From a virus (lineage: Duplodnaviria; Caudoviricetes): DNA of 64,000 nt. The translations under genes and the position numbers were made by a program. The stretch lies in IMG/VR virus record IMGVR_UViG_3300033068_001747. One strand, written 5' to 3'. Positions 28,901 to 38,783 of this stretch are shown piece by piece (positions within the stretch are counted from its first letter, which is position 1; every line of letters starts with the position of its first letter). Below the pieces are notes generated by a model. The model was not told the DNA's origin. It saw only the letters and a program-made list of their open reading frames with translations, and searched no databases.

Positions 28901-29218
28901 TTAGCAGTTCTTGCAGCATTAAATCAAAATGCGTTTGAAGATATGATGCAAACACTTGAAAATAAAGCAAGTGTATTTAGTAAATTATTAGATGTCGATA
29001 ATGAGAAAACTAAGAGACCATCTGTTGGAGATAGAAAAGAAGGTGTTGTTGCTACAAAAGGTGTGGCTAAACCAAGATCAAAATATGGTGATACACATCA
29101 ACAACTTGATATGATTATAAGTTTATTATCTAATATAAATCAATCAACAAGTGGTATTGATGAATATATTGAATCTAAAGGTAGAACCTCAGCATCAGCA
29201 GATCAAAGCAGTCAATAA
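25901..29218 (+). CDS. Probable tape measure protein (hydrophobic Ala/Gly-rich repeats)
   Basis: About 1105 aa, helical repeats with periodic Trp; start moved to MDKQ because the late motif lies at 25886-25895. Confidence 0.65.
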   Translation: MDKQLLDALNNLSESLEMIADALDKKGTSNTTTTNALQSGDFSKQLTEINVSLKSIKADTTKILAQQNTILSMQKKKENDKKTGLFEESGEDPKKEGQIKKGVTTILLIAVAVLAIGLAFKLVGKIDFLSVVGLSLAVVLMAIAFEKIAKLKLEPKEAFNASLVIVMMAIAITMASWIMAFIEPIGFTQLLTAVLIAAMFAVLSNYLENIFLASILFKRLDVSPIQLVKTLVAISAAITASSWVLSFIKPMTFGQALTGILIAAMFAVISFNLHKIALGVILFQDLNISPIELVKVLVGIAAAITASSWILSFIKPMTFGQALTGILIAAMFAVVAFNMDKIAIGVVAFKKTGVKATDLLLVLVGIATAITVSSWILSFVQPIGFWQFLTVLGIALVFALMSYFMTDLAIGITIIEKYLGPGKVYLIPLVLVALATAIALSSAILQNTVDLPFMLILKILLLGATLAIVTLLMTPAVMLMGKMPIEDLALGVIGVIMIAGAIAISSQILALGDYSKYPDWKWSLGVGLSLIAFGGAALVLGALIMETSGLGLAALAIGAVAVMLVAGTIVATSHILGLGKYDKFPSYEWSFSVGLSMTAFGLAMGGLGTFILGTLGLGMVALAAGSEAVLMIAQTIVDTSFILRKGNYTGGPTKAWSEGIALALGAFSPVYAMLAANKIMSLFGGGVGPEDFAKAIRTVSRGIVDAATYFAGVKVAFKNGPTKEWAEGVGTAISAFSPVYAALMDTGFFGSNVSAEDMKNAILTISDGIIAAADKFGTNIAKFDITKVPSKEWGQNVGASLQAFAPIFEFMKGSGWWKSNTSAVNDMVYGIGAISLAIVGVAELFAMVDKSVWNSYPTQKWIDGVNSSITGFIDITKIIADVKLNQVVKTNIVALSMLGVAKTLASGSKYFSKTIDPNYMSNVSKNVLDYVKLANSITGMGMLSGVKSLFGMDPISQAAHGMIKIAGAYDKLATALKKFGGALQSIDGTKVNLIRRLTGNLAVLAALNQNAFEDMMQTLENKASVFSKLLDVDNEKTKRPSVGDRKEGVVATKGVAKPRSKYGDTHQQLDMIISLLSNINQSTSGIDEYIESKGRTSASADQSSQ
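26411..27100 (+). repeat. 198-nt (66-aa) tandem repeats inside the tape-measure-like gene
   Basis: AIT(M/A/V)(A/S)SW units begin at 26411, 26609, 26807 and 27005; units 2 and 3 are nearly identical in DNA. Confidence 0.85.
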
Positions 29219-29248
29219 ACTTTTTAAAAAAAAGTTATATAAATATTT

Positions 29249-29677
29249 ATGAATAGAATATCATTTTTTAAAAAACTACAACTATTTTTAAACTATAAAA
29301 AAATAGTTAAACAAAACAAGATAGAACTTGAAAGATCTTTAAATATCAGAGTTGATAATGCACAAAGATTATACACAGTTCTAAATGTTCCCGAAGAGTT
29401 GATTGGTGAAGCTTATTCACTAAAAAAATCTGATATTGATAGAATATCAGAAACTTATATTAGAGAGTATGTATATGAGGTTTCAAAACTTTTAAATTCA
29501 AAAGGTTTAATGGAACTTTTTAGAACTTATGAGGTTAAAAAAGTAGATAAATATTCTTACTTAATTGTAATTGGATTCTCACTAATTGAGACACCTAAGC
29601 TTTATAATAATCTTTATTATAAAATAATACCAAGTATAGTAATTCTAAGTACTATAGCTTATTTTTTATTCAGATAA
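29249..29677 (+). CDS. Hypothetical protein with C-terminal TM helix
   Basis: 142 aa; hydrophobic C-terminus. Confidence 0.65.
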   Translation: MNRISFFKKLQLFLNYKKIVKQNKIELERSLNIRVDNAQRLYTVLNVPEELIGEAYSLKKSDIDRISETYIREYVYEVSKLLNSKGLMELFRTYEVKKVDKYSYLIVIGFSLIETPKLYNNLYYKIIPSIVILSTIAYFLFR

Positions 29678-29728
29678 GTAAAACTTTTTTACATTTATTT
29701 TTTATAATATAAAAATATAAAATATAAT

Positions 29729-30154
29729 ATGGATAATTTTTATGAGCTATCGGAAGATACAATAAATGACTTTTTTGATGTTTTTAATAAAAAAACATTT
29801 CCTGTACAAATTGACTTCCAATTTATCGGAGTAAAGAAACAAAAACAACTTATTAAAATTTCTAAGATTGCAGATGATTACGCATTTGTTCTTAAAAAAG
29901 ATTTAAAAGTTACTATCAATGAAGATTTAATGGATGCGTTTGATGAAGAATCAAGAACAATTCTAATTGAGCAAGAAATTGATAAAATCAACATGAACTT
30001 AGAAAGTGGTAAAATTAAATTAGTAGGAACTGACTTTAATACATTCTCTTCTATCGTAGTAAAATACGGTGTGGAAAAAGTTAGTAGAGCTAATCAAGTT
30101 GAAGCACTTTTTGTTGAACAAAAAGAAGACCAAGATAACGATTTTATCGTATAA
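29729..30154 (+). CDS. Hypothetical protein (possible inactive phage metallopeptidase-like fold)
   Basis: ILIEQEIDKI sits where an LxxHELxH motif would be expected. Confidence 0.4.
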   Translation: MDNFYELSEDTINDFFDVFNKKTFPVQIDFQFIGVKKQKQLIKISKIADDYAFVLKKDLKVTINEDLMDAFDEESRTILIEQEIDKINMNLESGKIKLVGTDFNTFSSIVVKYGVEKVSRANQVEALFVEQKEDQDNDFIV

Positions 30155-30169
30155 AAATAATTAAAAAAT

Positions 30170-30832
30170 ATGTCAGATATACAAACAAATACAGTTAAAC
30201 CAAGTGTTATTTTCACAGAAAATAATATTGACTACAGAAATATCAATGAAGAGTTTGAAAATAATTTAGATGCTAAATATCAAGCAGTATTAGACTTTAC
30301 TAAAAACAATGATGGTAAAGGTAAAACAGACTTAGAAAAAGATAATCTTTATAAAGACGCACAACAACTTTGGGCAGATTATACAAATGCACTAAAATCT
30401 ACAAGATATAATTTCAACTTAAATAGAACACAGTGGAAATATTTAACTGATTTAATTCAAGGTAAATTAGAATATGATATTAATACAGTATTTATTGCAA
30501 TTGAACTAACAGAAGTATTAGGTACAATGAGAGAGGATAGTAAAGTTTTTAATAATGATACTGAATCATTTGCATTTTTAGTAAATGCAACAGAAATAAC
30601 TTATATCTATCACTTAATTGCAGAACATAAAGTAAAAGGTCTAACTAAAGATACTTATACTTTCTCTGAAATTCTTAAAAGAATTGGTGCAGTTAGTAAA
30701 GTTTTCAATTACTATGATACAATTGGTAAGAACTTAGCAGCAGATATTCAAGACTGGGTAGCTTGTTTTGATGAAAATGTTACCATAGAAGAACCTAGTC
30801 AATTAGAAATTGATTTTGAAGAAGTAAAATAA
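30170..30832 (+). CDS. Hypothetical protein
   Basis: 220-aa ORF. Confidence 0.7.
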   Translation: MSDIQTNTVKPSVIFTENNIDYRNINEEFENNLDAKYQAVLDFTKNNDGKGKTDLEKDNLYKDAQQLWADYTNALKSTRYNFNLNRTQWKYLTDLIQGKLEYDINTVFIAIELTEVLGTMREDSKVFNNDTESFAFLVNATEITYIYHLIAEHKVKGLTKDTYTFSEILKRIGAVSKVFNYYDTIGKNLAADIQDWVACFDENVTIEEPSQLEIDFEEVK

Positions 30833-30835
30833 AAC

Positions 30836-30865
30836 AAAAACCCTTAGATTTTCTAAGGGTTTTTT
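30836..30865. terminator. Bidirectional terminator
   Basis: AAAAACCCTTAGA/TCTAAGGGTTTTT. Confidence 0.85.
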
Positions 30866-30867
30866 AT

Positions 30868-33800
30868 TTAAGGCAATAGTTCAATTATTTCTGTTATCTC
30901 ATTAGTCAATAGACTCTTTGGTGGTCTAACAGGTGGTTGAACAGTATTCAATATAATCGGTTCAAATGGACCAACTGGTTCAATATCTTGATAAGGTAAA
31001 GTTAAATCTTTTAAACCTCTTATTTCATAGTTTTTCTTATCATTATAAACACAACCATATCCATTATCAGAAATAACTTCTACCGTTACAAATGGATCAA
31101 TATTTGAATCTAATGTAAAGTTAAATGGTAGTAAATTATCACCTGATCTAAATTCTGAAATAGTTTGAACCGGTGACCAATCAATTTCTTTCCATCTGTT
31201 AATTCTATCCCAATTTACCGTGTCTGCATAAGGAGTAACAGTTGATACGGTCGCCCCTTTAGTAAAGACATAAGTATCTCTATTATAAGTTACAAGACTT
31301 GTTAAGTCGTAAATATTTCCAGAAACCCAAGGAGTAACTAATTCATACTCTTTCGGAGAGAATACCTTATTATTATCTACAACAGACTCATATAATTTAC
31401 CATAATAAGTAACTCTATCACCAGTCATATAATTTGCAAATGGTGCCCATTCTTTATAAGTTTTATATGTTCTAATTTTAACAGTAAAGTAATCTGGTAA
31501 AACCAATGTTTTCCCATTAAACGGTTTTGGTGGTACAACTAATCCAGTTTTTGTTTTATCTGCACCAACATCTGGTATAATAGTATAAAAATCTAAAACA
31601 CAGTTATAAACAGTAGAACCACTATTTACTGGCATAAGATAAGCCTCATTCAATTTGAAGGTAATAGGTGTCATATTATCATAGATATTAACAATTCTTA
31701 AATCATGTAATCTATGTTGAATCTGGTTACCACCTACAAAATACGAGTTACCAGTTACATCAAGTATTTTATGTGTTAAAGGAATAATATTTTTCTTTAA
31801 CCAATACTTCAATCCTTGTAACTTTATAATAATCTCATCTAATGAGTAATTCAAAATATTATTTCCCTGTTTATCAGTAATAAAATAACTTAAATTAAAC
31901 AAATTAGTTTCCTCAAAGTTATCATTCGGCATTGTATGTTTAATAAAGTCGTTCTCAGTCCAACCCTCAACAGTATTATCAAAAATATCAGGTATCTCAA
32001 CCTTAAATAATTTTAAAAAGTTTGTAGCATTAGGGTCTATATTTCTATAATATTCGTTTAATTGTAAATCGTTATAACCAAAAAAGTTAATTGCATTTAT
32101 AATTGACTTATAAGATCCAATATAAGGATAGATTAGATGTTTCATCATCATCATTTCCTTTCTTTTCTTGTTAAGGTATAACCAATCTATACCACCTTCT
32201 TCTATATCATATTGTTTAAATATAAACACATCTTCTGGTGCAATTAGTTTACCAACATTACCCAATTCAATCTTAAATCTAATATCCTCTTCTTCTGTCT
32301 GACCATAAGTAAAGAATCTACCAATCTCTTTATCCACAACCTCAATACTAAAGTCTAAATAAGTCAAGTCACCACTTTTTGGATAATCTGTAATCACAGA
32401 ACTTTCGGTATCTATAAAGTCAGTAGAATTAAAGAAATCTACTACTATCTGACCAGTATAAACCTCCCTAATTTTGAATAATGATCCATTATTATCAGAA
32501 ATATATTGATTTCTCTGATTTTGATTATCTTTAAGATAAATTGCTATGTGTTGACCCGGTTTTAAACCTTTATCAACGAATGACTCTGTTGAATACTGCC
32601 CTAATGAAATTAAACCTCTTTTATCAGGACCATTTACATCTAATGTTTGTAAATAAACTTGATTAAACTCAGAAGATTTGATAGTAAAAGAAATATCTTC
32701 TTTCTTATATAATTGAAGTAATGAACGTAAAGCACCTTCATTATCAGATCTAAATCCTATAAATAGTTGTAAAGGTTCAACATCTGTTGAAATATCAAGT
32801 TGATCATCAATATAACTCAATGGATATTCGATTCTATCAAATATTGTTTGTTGATATTCAGGAAGTGCTACCTTACTAATATCTTTGTTTGGTTCTTTAT
32901 TTAAAACAACTGTAGGTAAAGGAGTTTGACCAATATAAGAATATGAACCAGTTGTTGTTCTTAACAATTGTTCACCAGAAAAATCATACATGAAGAATTG
33001 AGGTATATTATCCGAAAACCATTTAAAATAATATTTAACTGGAAAGTCAGTATTAAAATTCTCTCTTGGTCTTCTAAAGTAATCTCTGGTTTTTAACCAC
33101 ATATCATCTCTTTCTTTAAATGAAGGATGTAATGTTCCATACATATTATCTAATATAACTTCAGTTACAATTGTCTCAGTTGTTACCTCATTTTTTATCT
33201 CAACTAAAATCTCAACCAATTGGTTAAGTGAAGGTTGTAAAACCCAAATCGATTTTCTGTCAGGATTATAACATAATTTTGTAGTTGGTGCAACCAAACT
33301 ATTCATATAAACTAATTGATTAGTAATAGAATCAACAACAATAACTGAATTAGTATTTTGAGATGATAGATATATAGCACCATCATATTGATTTAATGCC
33401 ATATAACCATGATTTGCAATATTCACATCATTGATTACTGTCCCATCTAAACTCAATTTTTTAACTTTATTAGATGAATCTGAAATAGCCATATCACCAG
33501 TTAAATTATTAAAGATAATATCATTAAATGACTCTGTTGTAACAGATATAGTAGTAACTAAACCATTATCTATTTTATACAAGTTAGAAGAACCATAAAC
33601 GTATATAGACTCATTTACTGGTTCATATACAATAGTATCTATTGCACCGGAAACACTATAAGTTGTAAGTAAAGTTCTATTAGTTCCATCAATTCTTAAA
33701 ACATTATCAACAGTAACAACATACATATCTTGTTCAAACTCATTAAAAGTCATCTTACCGGTAGAACCATATATTGATGATATACTCTCATCCAAAACAC

Positions 33801-36672
33801 CATTAAATGTAGTAGAATAAAATATATGTACTTCAGATAAGTTACTATAAGTAATATAAACATCACCATTATTAGGATTTATCTGTAAGTCAACCGCATC
33901 TGAACTTAGAGAAAATGAAGTAAGTAAAAGATTTGTAGAAGGATCAACTATCCAAACAATATTTTTAGATAAACAATAAACATAATTGTTTACTGGGTTA
34001 TATTCCATCTTAATACTATCCGTATTACCTAATAATTCAATAGTAATAATATAATTTCCGGTATAAGAATCATGAACTACTAAATTATCACCATAAGATA
34101 AAATAGTATTAGATAATTGTATATACTTAATATCCACCAAATTAGTAGTAGAAGTATAATCTGTTATATTGTAAGTATTTGGATAAAAAAGTATATTAAA
34201 TTGAGTGTCATCAAATTGATATTGATTAAACTGACCACTAACACCAGTAGAACTAATTGCACCACAACCTGTTTGACCAAATCCTAAATTAAATGCAATA
34301 GTAACAAAAGGAGATTTGTCACATATTGTGTTATTATAATCCCAAAAAGGTCCCTCATAACTTAAATTAAGTACTAAAGGATCTAAATATTGAATATTAT
34401 ACTCAACATTCATCAATGGCCAATTCGTATTATTTATAGAGAATACCATACCAGTTGCAAATCCTTCTTGTTCAAATGAATATGATGATGTTGCTGAAAG
34501 TATAACTTCATTAGAAGTAACTAAACCACCAAGATTTCCTTTCATCTTTTTAGTTATAACATAATCAGACAACCCAGGTAAATTAACTTTACCAGTTGTT
34601 ATAGTATAATCAAATGCAACATCGGTTTGTTTAACATCAAATTTTAAAACACTATTTATATTTGTAACGATAAAACCATATTCTAATAAATCAGTTGCAT
34701 ATAAATCAACCCAAGATTGTAATGTCTTTGGTATATCTATGACAGAATAAGTTGATGTAGATAAAGTAGATGATGTTACACCAACTACAATATGATCTTT
34801 ATTATTGATATTTACATTTAATGTAGGACCCATATTATTAAAAAGAACTCTTGAGTGTTCAATAAAATAATTTGCAGTCGTACCAACTAAAACGTCACTT
34901 ATATCAACTGGAACATTAGGATATTCAGTTCTTACAACAATTGAATTGTAAAATAACGAATTGATAGGTAAACCTGAATTTGGCACATAAGTATATGCTA
35001 ATTCAACATCTAAACCTAACTTGTATAACGTAAGATAATTTCTTGTCAACCAATTTCTAAGAGTCTTATCAATTGTTCTAGGCATATCTAAACCAATTCC
35101 ACTATAAACATATGAAATTTCTTCCTCATAAACCTGATTATTTATAATCAACTTTAATCCATATTCATCTAAGTCAGTAAGTACTATACTGTATTTAAAG
35201 TTCTCTGAGTAATCATAATTAAATTCTGTAGTAAGTGTTTCATTTACTTCTAAAAGTCGCTCAAATGTTCTGTATTCAGTTCCCAAAGAGTTTGAAGCAT
35301 CAACTTGAGTATGATAAAAATTAACTTTAGCATATCTACTTGGATAAACTAAATCAGCTTTTAAATAACCTTTGTTATAATAAAGATCAATATTGAATAT
35401 ACTTAAATCAGTTCTATACTTTTCTGCAGCAGAAGCTAATGTAACCGAAGCCGATTGGGTATAACCAAATTCATAGTAATATTTTTCCTTTGTTAGATAT
35501 AATTGTGCAAAAAGTAAGGGCTCAACTGTTGTAGTTTCATTTACTTTTATATAAGTTGGATTAGACCAGTGTGTAGTATCTACTTTAGGAGTCAAATATT
35601 TAGTAGTATCATCAGTATAACTATGCGTATAAGCTAAAATACATTGATATAATCTACCTTGAAAGTATATTTGTTCATCTAACTCATAATGTTTAGTCGT
35701 ATAAATTGATTCAAAATCATAAATATCTGCAACGGTTAAAAAGTTTTCATTCAGAACTGAACCAACTATTTTAAATTCTTGTCCTGGTCTTAATAATCTT
35801 GGATAATGTAGATAATCACTTACCAATATTCTATTATCACCAGTTATATCCAAACCACCATCATACAATTTAGGTAAATCAGTACCTAAAACAACTTCTA
35901 TGATTAGATTAGAATCTACTGGTAAAACAGCTTGACTAACTGAATATTCAAAGTGCATAATATCAGTAATCTCTGGACCTTTAATAGTATAAGTACCATC
36001 ATTAGATTTACTATTTACAACATTTAGTTTTTTACCTTTGTAAACTTTGTCATAAAAATTAGGTTCACTCCAAGGTGATAAATTATTAACATAATTTGTA
36101 TCAATATAATTATAAACACCAATTGCATCAATACCAGAAATTGTTTTTCCAGAATATAAATTGTTGTCTGAATAATCATTAAAATATGTTGTTTCAAATG
36201 TCGAGTTATCTACCGTAGAAATAATTAAAATAGCATTCTTTTTAGTTCCAACAACAACAAACGTTTGATTTATATTAGTAAACTCTAACAAACTTTGATT
36301 AAATACAATTAAAGTTCCAACTGGAAATTTAGCCTCAAAGTGTTCACCATAAATCCATTTAGAATAAAAATCAGGATCGTTATTTACTGGTTCTATTTTT
36401 GTTATTTGTTGTGGAGATGAATTTACACATCCATAGTAGTGTAATCCATACTCATTAAATAACTGAAACTTATTAGTTCCTAAATCACCAGGTGATTCAA
36501 ATTCAAATTCAGGCATTCTCTCTAATGTATAAAGAGCAAATGTTTTAAAAGTATCATTTGAGTTTTCATCAAATAGAATATCCCCTTGAAATAGTTGAGT
36601 TGTTTCATCATATCTAAAGTTTAAGGAGTCCCCTTGTTTGTTAAAGAAATATAAATTTTCGTGACTAGACAT
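30868..36672 (-). CDS. Large baseplate/tail-associated structural protein with beta-propeller and carbohydrate-binding-like modules
   Basis: 1934 aa; YNPxNxxxY propeller repeats; YIGSYKSIINAINFFGY wedge-like motif; W...Y..GDRVTY.G..Y modules; late promoter. Confidence 0.65.
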   Translation of the reverse strand: MSSHENLYFFNKQGDSLNFRYDETTQLFQGDILFDENSNDTFKTFALYTLERMPEFEFESPGDLGTNKFQLFNEYGLHYYGCVNSSPQQITKIEPVNNDPDFYSKWIYGEHFEAKFPVGTLIVFNQSLLEFTNINQTFVVVGTKKNAILIISTVDNSTFETTYFNDYSDNNLYSGKTISGIDAIGVYNYIDTNYVNNLSPWSEPNFYDKVYKGKKLNVVNSKSNDGTYTIKGPEITDIMHFEYSVSQAVLPVDSNLIIEVVLGTDLPKLYDGGLDITGDNRILVSDYLHYPRLLRPGQEFKIVGSVLNENFLTVADIYDFESIYTTKHYELDEQIYFQGRLYQCILAYTHSYTDDTTKYLTPKVDTTHWSNPTYIKVNETTTVEPLLFAQLYLTKEKYYYEFGYTQSASVTLASAAEKYRTDLSIFNIDLYYNKGYLKADLVYPSRYAKVNFYHTQVDASNSLGTEYRTFERLLEVNETLTTEFNYDYSENFKYSIVLTDLDEYGLKLIINNQVYEEEISYVYSGIGLDMPRTIDKTLRNWLTRNYLTLYKLGLDVELAYTYVPNSGLPINSLFYNSIVVRTEYPNVPVDISDVLVGTTANYFIEHSRVLFNNMGPTLNVNINNKDHIVVGVTSSTLSTSTYSVIDIPKTLQSWVDLYATDLLEYGFIVTNINSVLKFDVKQTDVAFDYTITTGKVNLPGLSDYVITKKMKGNLGGLVTSNEVILSATSSYSFEQEGFATGMVFSINNTNWPLMNVEYNIQYLDPLVLNLSYEGPFWDYNNTICDKSPFVTIAFNLGFGQTGCGAISSTGVSGQFNQYQFDDTQFNILFYPNTYNITDYTSTTNLVDIKYIQLSNTILSYGDNLVVHDSYTGNYIITIELLGNTDSIKMEYNPVNNYVYCLSKNIVWIVDPSTNLLLTSFSLSSDAVDLQINPNNGDVYITYSNLSEVHIFYSTTFNGVLDESISSIYGSTGKMTFNEFEQDMYVVTVDNVLRIDGTNRTLLTTYSVSGAIDTIVYEPVNESIYVYGSSNLYKIDNGLVTTISVTTESFNDIIFNNLTGDMAISDSSNKVKKLSLDGTVINDVNIANHGYMALNQYDGAIYLSSQNTNSVIVVDSITNQLVYMNSLVAPTTKLCYNPDRKSIWVLQPSLNQLVEILVEIKNEVTTETIVTEVILDNMYGTLHPSFKERDDMWLKTRDYFRRPRENFNTDFPVKYYFKWFSDNIPQFFMYDFSGEQLLRTTTGSYSYIGQTPLPTVVLNKEPNKDISKVALPEYQQTIFDRIEYPLSYIDDQLDISTDVEPLQLFIGFRSDNEGALRSLLQLYKKEDISFTIKSSEFNQVYLQTLDVNGPDKRGLISLGQYSTESFVDKGLKPGQHIAIYLKDNQNQRNQYISDNNGSLFKIREVYTGQIVVDFFNSTDFIDTESSVITDYPKSGDLTYLDFSIEVVDKEIGRFFTYGQTEEEDIRFKIELGNVGKLIAPEDVFIFKQYDIEEGGIDWLYLNKKRKEMMMMKHLIYPYIGSYKSIINAINFFGYNDLQLNEYYRNIDPNATNFLKLFKVEIPDIFDNTVEGWTENDFIKHTMPNDNFEETNLFNLSYFITDKQGNNILNYSLDEIIIKLQGLKYWLKKNIIPLTHKILDVTGNSYFVGGNQIQHRLHDLRIVNIYDNMTPITFKLNEAYLMPVNSGSTVYNCVLDFYTIIPDVGADKTKTGLVVPPKPFNGKTLVLPDYFTVKIRTYKTYKEWAPFANYMTGDRVTYYGKLYESVVDNNKVFSPKEYELVTPWVSGNIYDLTSLVTYNRDTYVFTKGATVSTVTPYADTVNWDRINRWKEIDWSPVQTISEFRSGDNLLPFNFTLDSNIDPFVTVEVISDNGYGCVYNDKKNYEIRGLKDLTLPYQDIEPVGPFEPIILNTVQPPVRPPKSLLTNEITEIIELLP

Positions 36673-36753
36673 TTAATTTTATTAAGTTTTGATTATATAT
36701 TAAATTTTGAGTTCTTGATATTAATATATAACTAAAATTGATTTTTATAAAAT

Positions 36754-37347
36754 ATGAAATACTTAAAATTATTTGAAAGATTCTCAACATTTGAACATGA
36801 TTTTGGACAATTCAAAATTAAAGTGATTGAAGCAAGTCCCAATAATTATGATGGTGGAATACAAGTAGATTCTGCAACTATTGCTTGTGGTGATAGTGAA
36901 TACTACTTTGAATTACATACACCAGTAGGTGGTGAAGGAGAAGTACATGTAAAATACTTGGCATGTGAAAATGGTAATTCTGAATTTATTAACCAATTTG
37001 GTTTAGAAGAAGATTCATTTCTTAATGAAAATGAATTAAGTGAGTTTCTACAAGTAAATTCACCTGATTGTGTTGGATATGATACTGAAATTGATGGTTA
37101 TGAATTAGAAATTACTGATTTTAATCATGATGGTGGAATGGAATTAGGTACTATAGAAACTATTATAAATGGTGAAGAAATTCAATTTGAAATGATACAA
37201 GATGCTACTACAGGTTTTGGATTTGGAGTTGAATTTGATAGTGATAGAGATGAGAAAAAAGCAAGAGAAATAGGTTTTGAACTCACTGATGAAATAAGAG
37301 AGTACTTATTCAATGAATATGATAGAATATGTGCAGAAAAAAGATAA
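36754..37347 (+). CDS. Acidic protein with MKYLKLFERF tag
   Basis: Shared N-terminal motif; two similar internal halves. Confidence 0.7.
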   Translation: MKYLKLFERFSTFEHDFGQFKIKVIEASPNNYDGGIQVDSATIACGDSEYYFELHTPVGGEGEVHVKYLACENGNSEFINQFGLEEDSFLNENELSEFLQVNSPDCVGYDTEIDGYELEITDFNHDGGMELGTIETIINGEEIQFEMIQDATTGFGFGVEFDSDRDEKKAREIGFELTDEIREYLFNEYDRICAEKR

Positions 37348-37353
37348 ATAAAT

Positions 37354-37932
37354 ATGAAATACTTAAAACTATTTGAAAACTTCTCTGGTAAAATATCTGA
37401 GAACTTACAATACCACATAGATAACAACAAACCAATTGTGGAAAATGTATTTAGACCAGGATCAAATAAATACCTTGACCTAATCAAAGAAGCAAGACAA
37501 TTATTTGATAATAATCAAATTGAATTATCAGAATTAGACACTGAATTATATGAATCAACTGATATAGGAAGATTTGCAGAATATGAAGGTCAGATAGTTG
37601 CACTTGATTTACCAATGGAAACTATTGAAGAGTTAAATGAAGCAGAATACAAAGGTAGAGAAGTAAAGTTAAACTATCCGATGAGAGGTGGTACTAAGAA
37701 ATATCATGTTTTTGTTAAAAATCCTAAAACAGGTAAAGTTAAGAAAATTGCATTTGGTGATGTACACGGTGGTTTAACTGCTAAAGTAAGTGATCCTAAA
37801 GCAAGAAAAGCTTTTGCAGCAAGACATAATTGTGATATGAAGAAAGATAAAACTAAAGCAGGTTATTGGGCTTGTAGAGTAAATAAATATGGACACCTTT
37901 GGGGTGGAAAAACTTATCCTGGTTATTGGTAA
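37354..37932 (+). CDS. Viral protein with MKYLKLFENF tag and basic C-terminal domain
   Basis: Acidic N-half, LNEAE, then KKYHVFVKNP..G.VKKI.FG...RKAFAARHNC...GYWAC. Confidence 0.7.
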   Translation: MKYLKLFENFSGKISENLQYHIDNNKPIVENVFRPGSNKYLDLIKEARQLFDNNQIELSELDTELYESTDIGRFAEYEGQIVALDLPMETIEELNEAEYKGREVKLNYPMRGGTKKYHVFVKNPKTGKVKKIAFGDVHGGLTAKVSDPKARKAFAARHNCDMKKDKTKAGYWACRVNKYGHLWGGKTYPGYW

Positions 37933-37933
37933 T

Positions 37934-38320
37934 ATGAAATATATAAAATTATTTGAAGAACATAGTGATAAACAATCAGTAGTATCATTCTTACTAGACT
38001 TTGGTATGTTTATAACTTTGAATTTATCTAAAGTAGAGAATGAATCCATAGATGAACAATCTAAATCCGAATTATCAAAAATGTTATCAGAGTTAAGAAA
38101 GCCTCTAATAAATGGGAAAACATTCAGTGAACTAACACTAGATATAAACTCAATAGTAAACAATCCAAAGATTTTATCAGGACTATTCTCTCAAGTAAGA
38201 ACTCTATTGATTTATATAGAACCTAGGATTCAAAAATTTGTAAAAGACAGTGATAAGAAAAATATATGGTTAGATAAAATCAATAACTTTAAAGAAAGAT
38301 ATAAAAATATAGTAAACTAA
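37934..38320 (+). CDS. Hypothetical protein with MKYIKLFEEH tag
   Basis: Start moved from 37889 to the tag ATG at 37934. Confidence 0.7.
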   Translation: MKYIKLFEEHSDKQSVVSFLLDFGMFITLNLSKVENESIDEQSKSELSKMLSELRKPLINGKTFSELTLDINSIVNNPKILSGLFSQVRTLLIYIEPRIQKFVKDSDKKNIWLDKINNFKERYKNIVN

Positions 38321-38589
38321 TGTTACCATTTAAAGAGGAAGTAATATCAACTAATGTATTCATTAGAGAGTTTAGTCAAGACACTGACTCTGGAGAGTTT
38401 ATGTGGCATCGTGATAGGGAAGATAGAATAATTGAATCTATTAGTGATACAGATTGGCAAGTACAATTAGACAATGAACTACCTAAAATTATTAAAGGTG
38501 AAGTATTTATACCAATGGGTGTTTACCACAGAGTTATAAAAGGAACTGGAGATTTAAAAATAAAACTAATAAAAAACCCTATTATCTAA
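38320..38589 (+). CDS. Small cupin-fold protein
   Basis: WHRD.EDR and FIPMGVYHRVIKG. Confidence 0.7.
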   Translation: MLPFKEEVISTNVFIREFSQDTDSGEFMWHRDREDRIIESISDTDWQVQLDNELPKIIKGEVFIPMGVYHRVIKGTGDLKIKLIKNPII

Positions 38590-38599
38590 TAGGGTTTTT
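38571..38599. terminator. Bidirectional terminator
   Basis: AAAAACCCTATTA/TAATAGGGTTTTT. Confidence 0.8.
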
Positions 38600-38782
38600 A
38601 TAATTTAGTTCGTGACTAAATCTCTTACTTATAAAATCATTAAGTTTTATACACTTCTCAAATTGCTCTTGCGATTCAAGTTCTTTTACAATTCCTTGTA
38701 AGTATTCTTTAGTATAAACTTTTAAATTACGATTGTATAGTATTCCATTTGTAATTCTCTCAAATACGTTTTCTGCTCTCAT
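38582..38782 (-). CDS. Small protein with UVR-like helical hairpin
   Basis: ELESQEQFEKCIKLNDFI; start MRAEN just after the gp47 stop. Confidence 0.5.
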   Translation of the reverse strand: MRAENVFERITNGILYNRNLKVYTKEYLQGIVKELESQEQFEKCIKLNDFISKRFSHELNYKNPIR

Positions 38783-38783
38783 A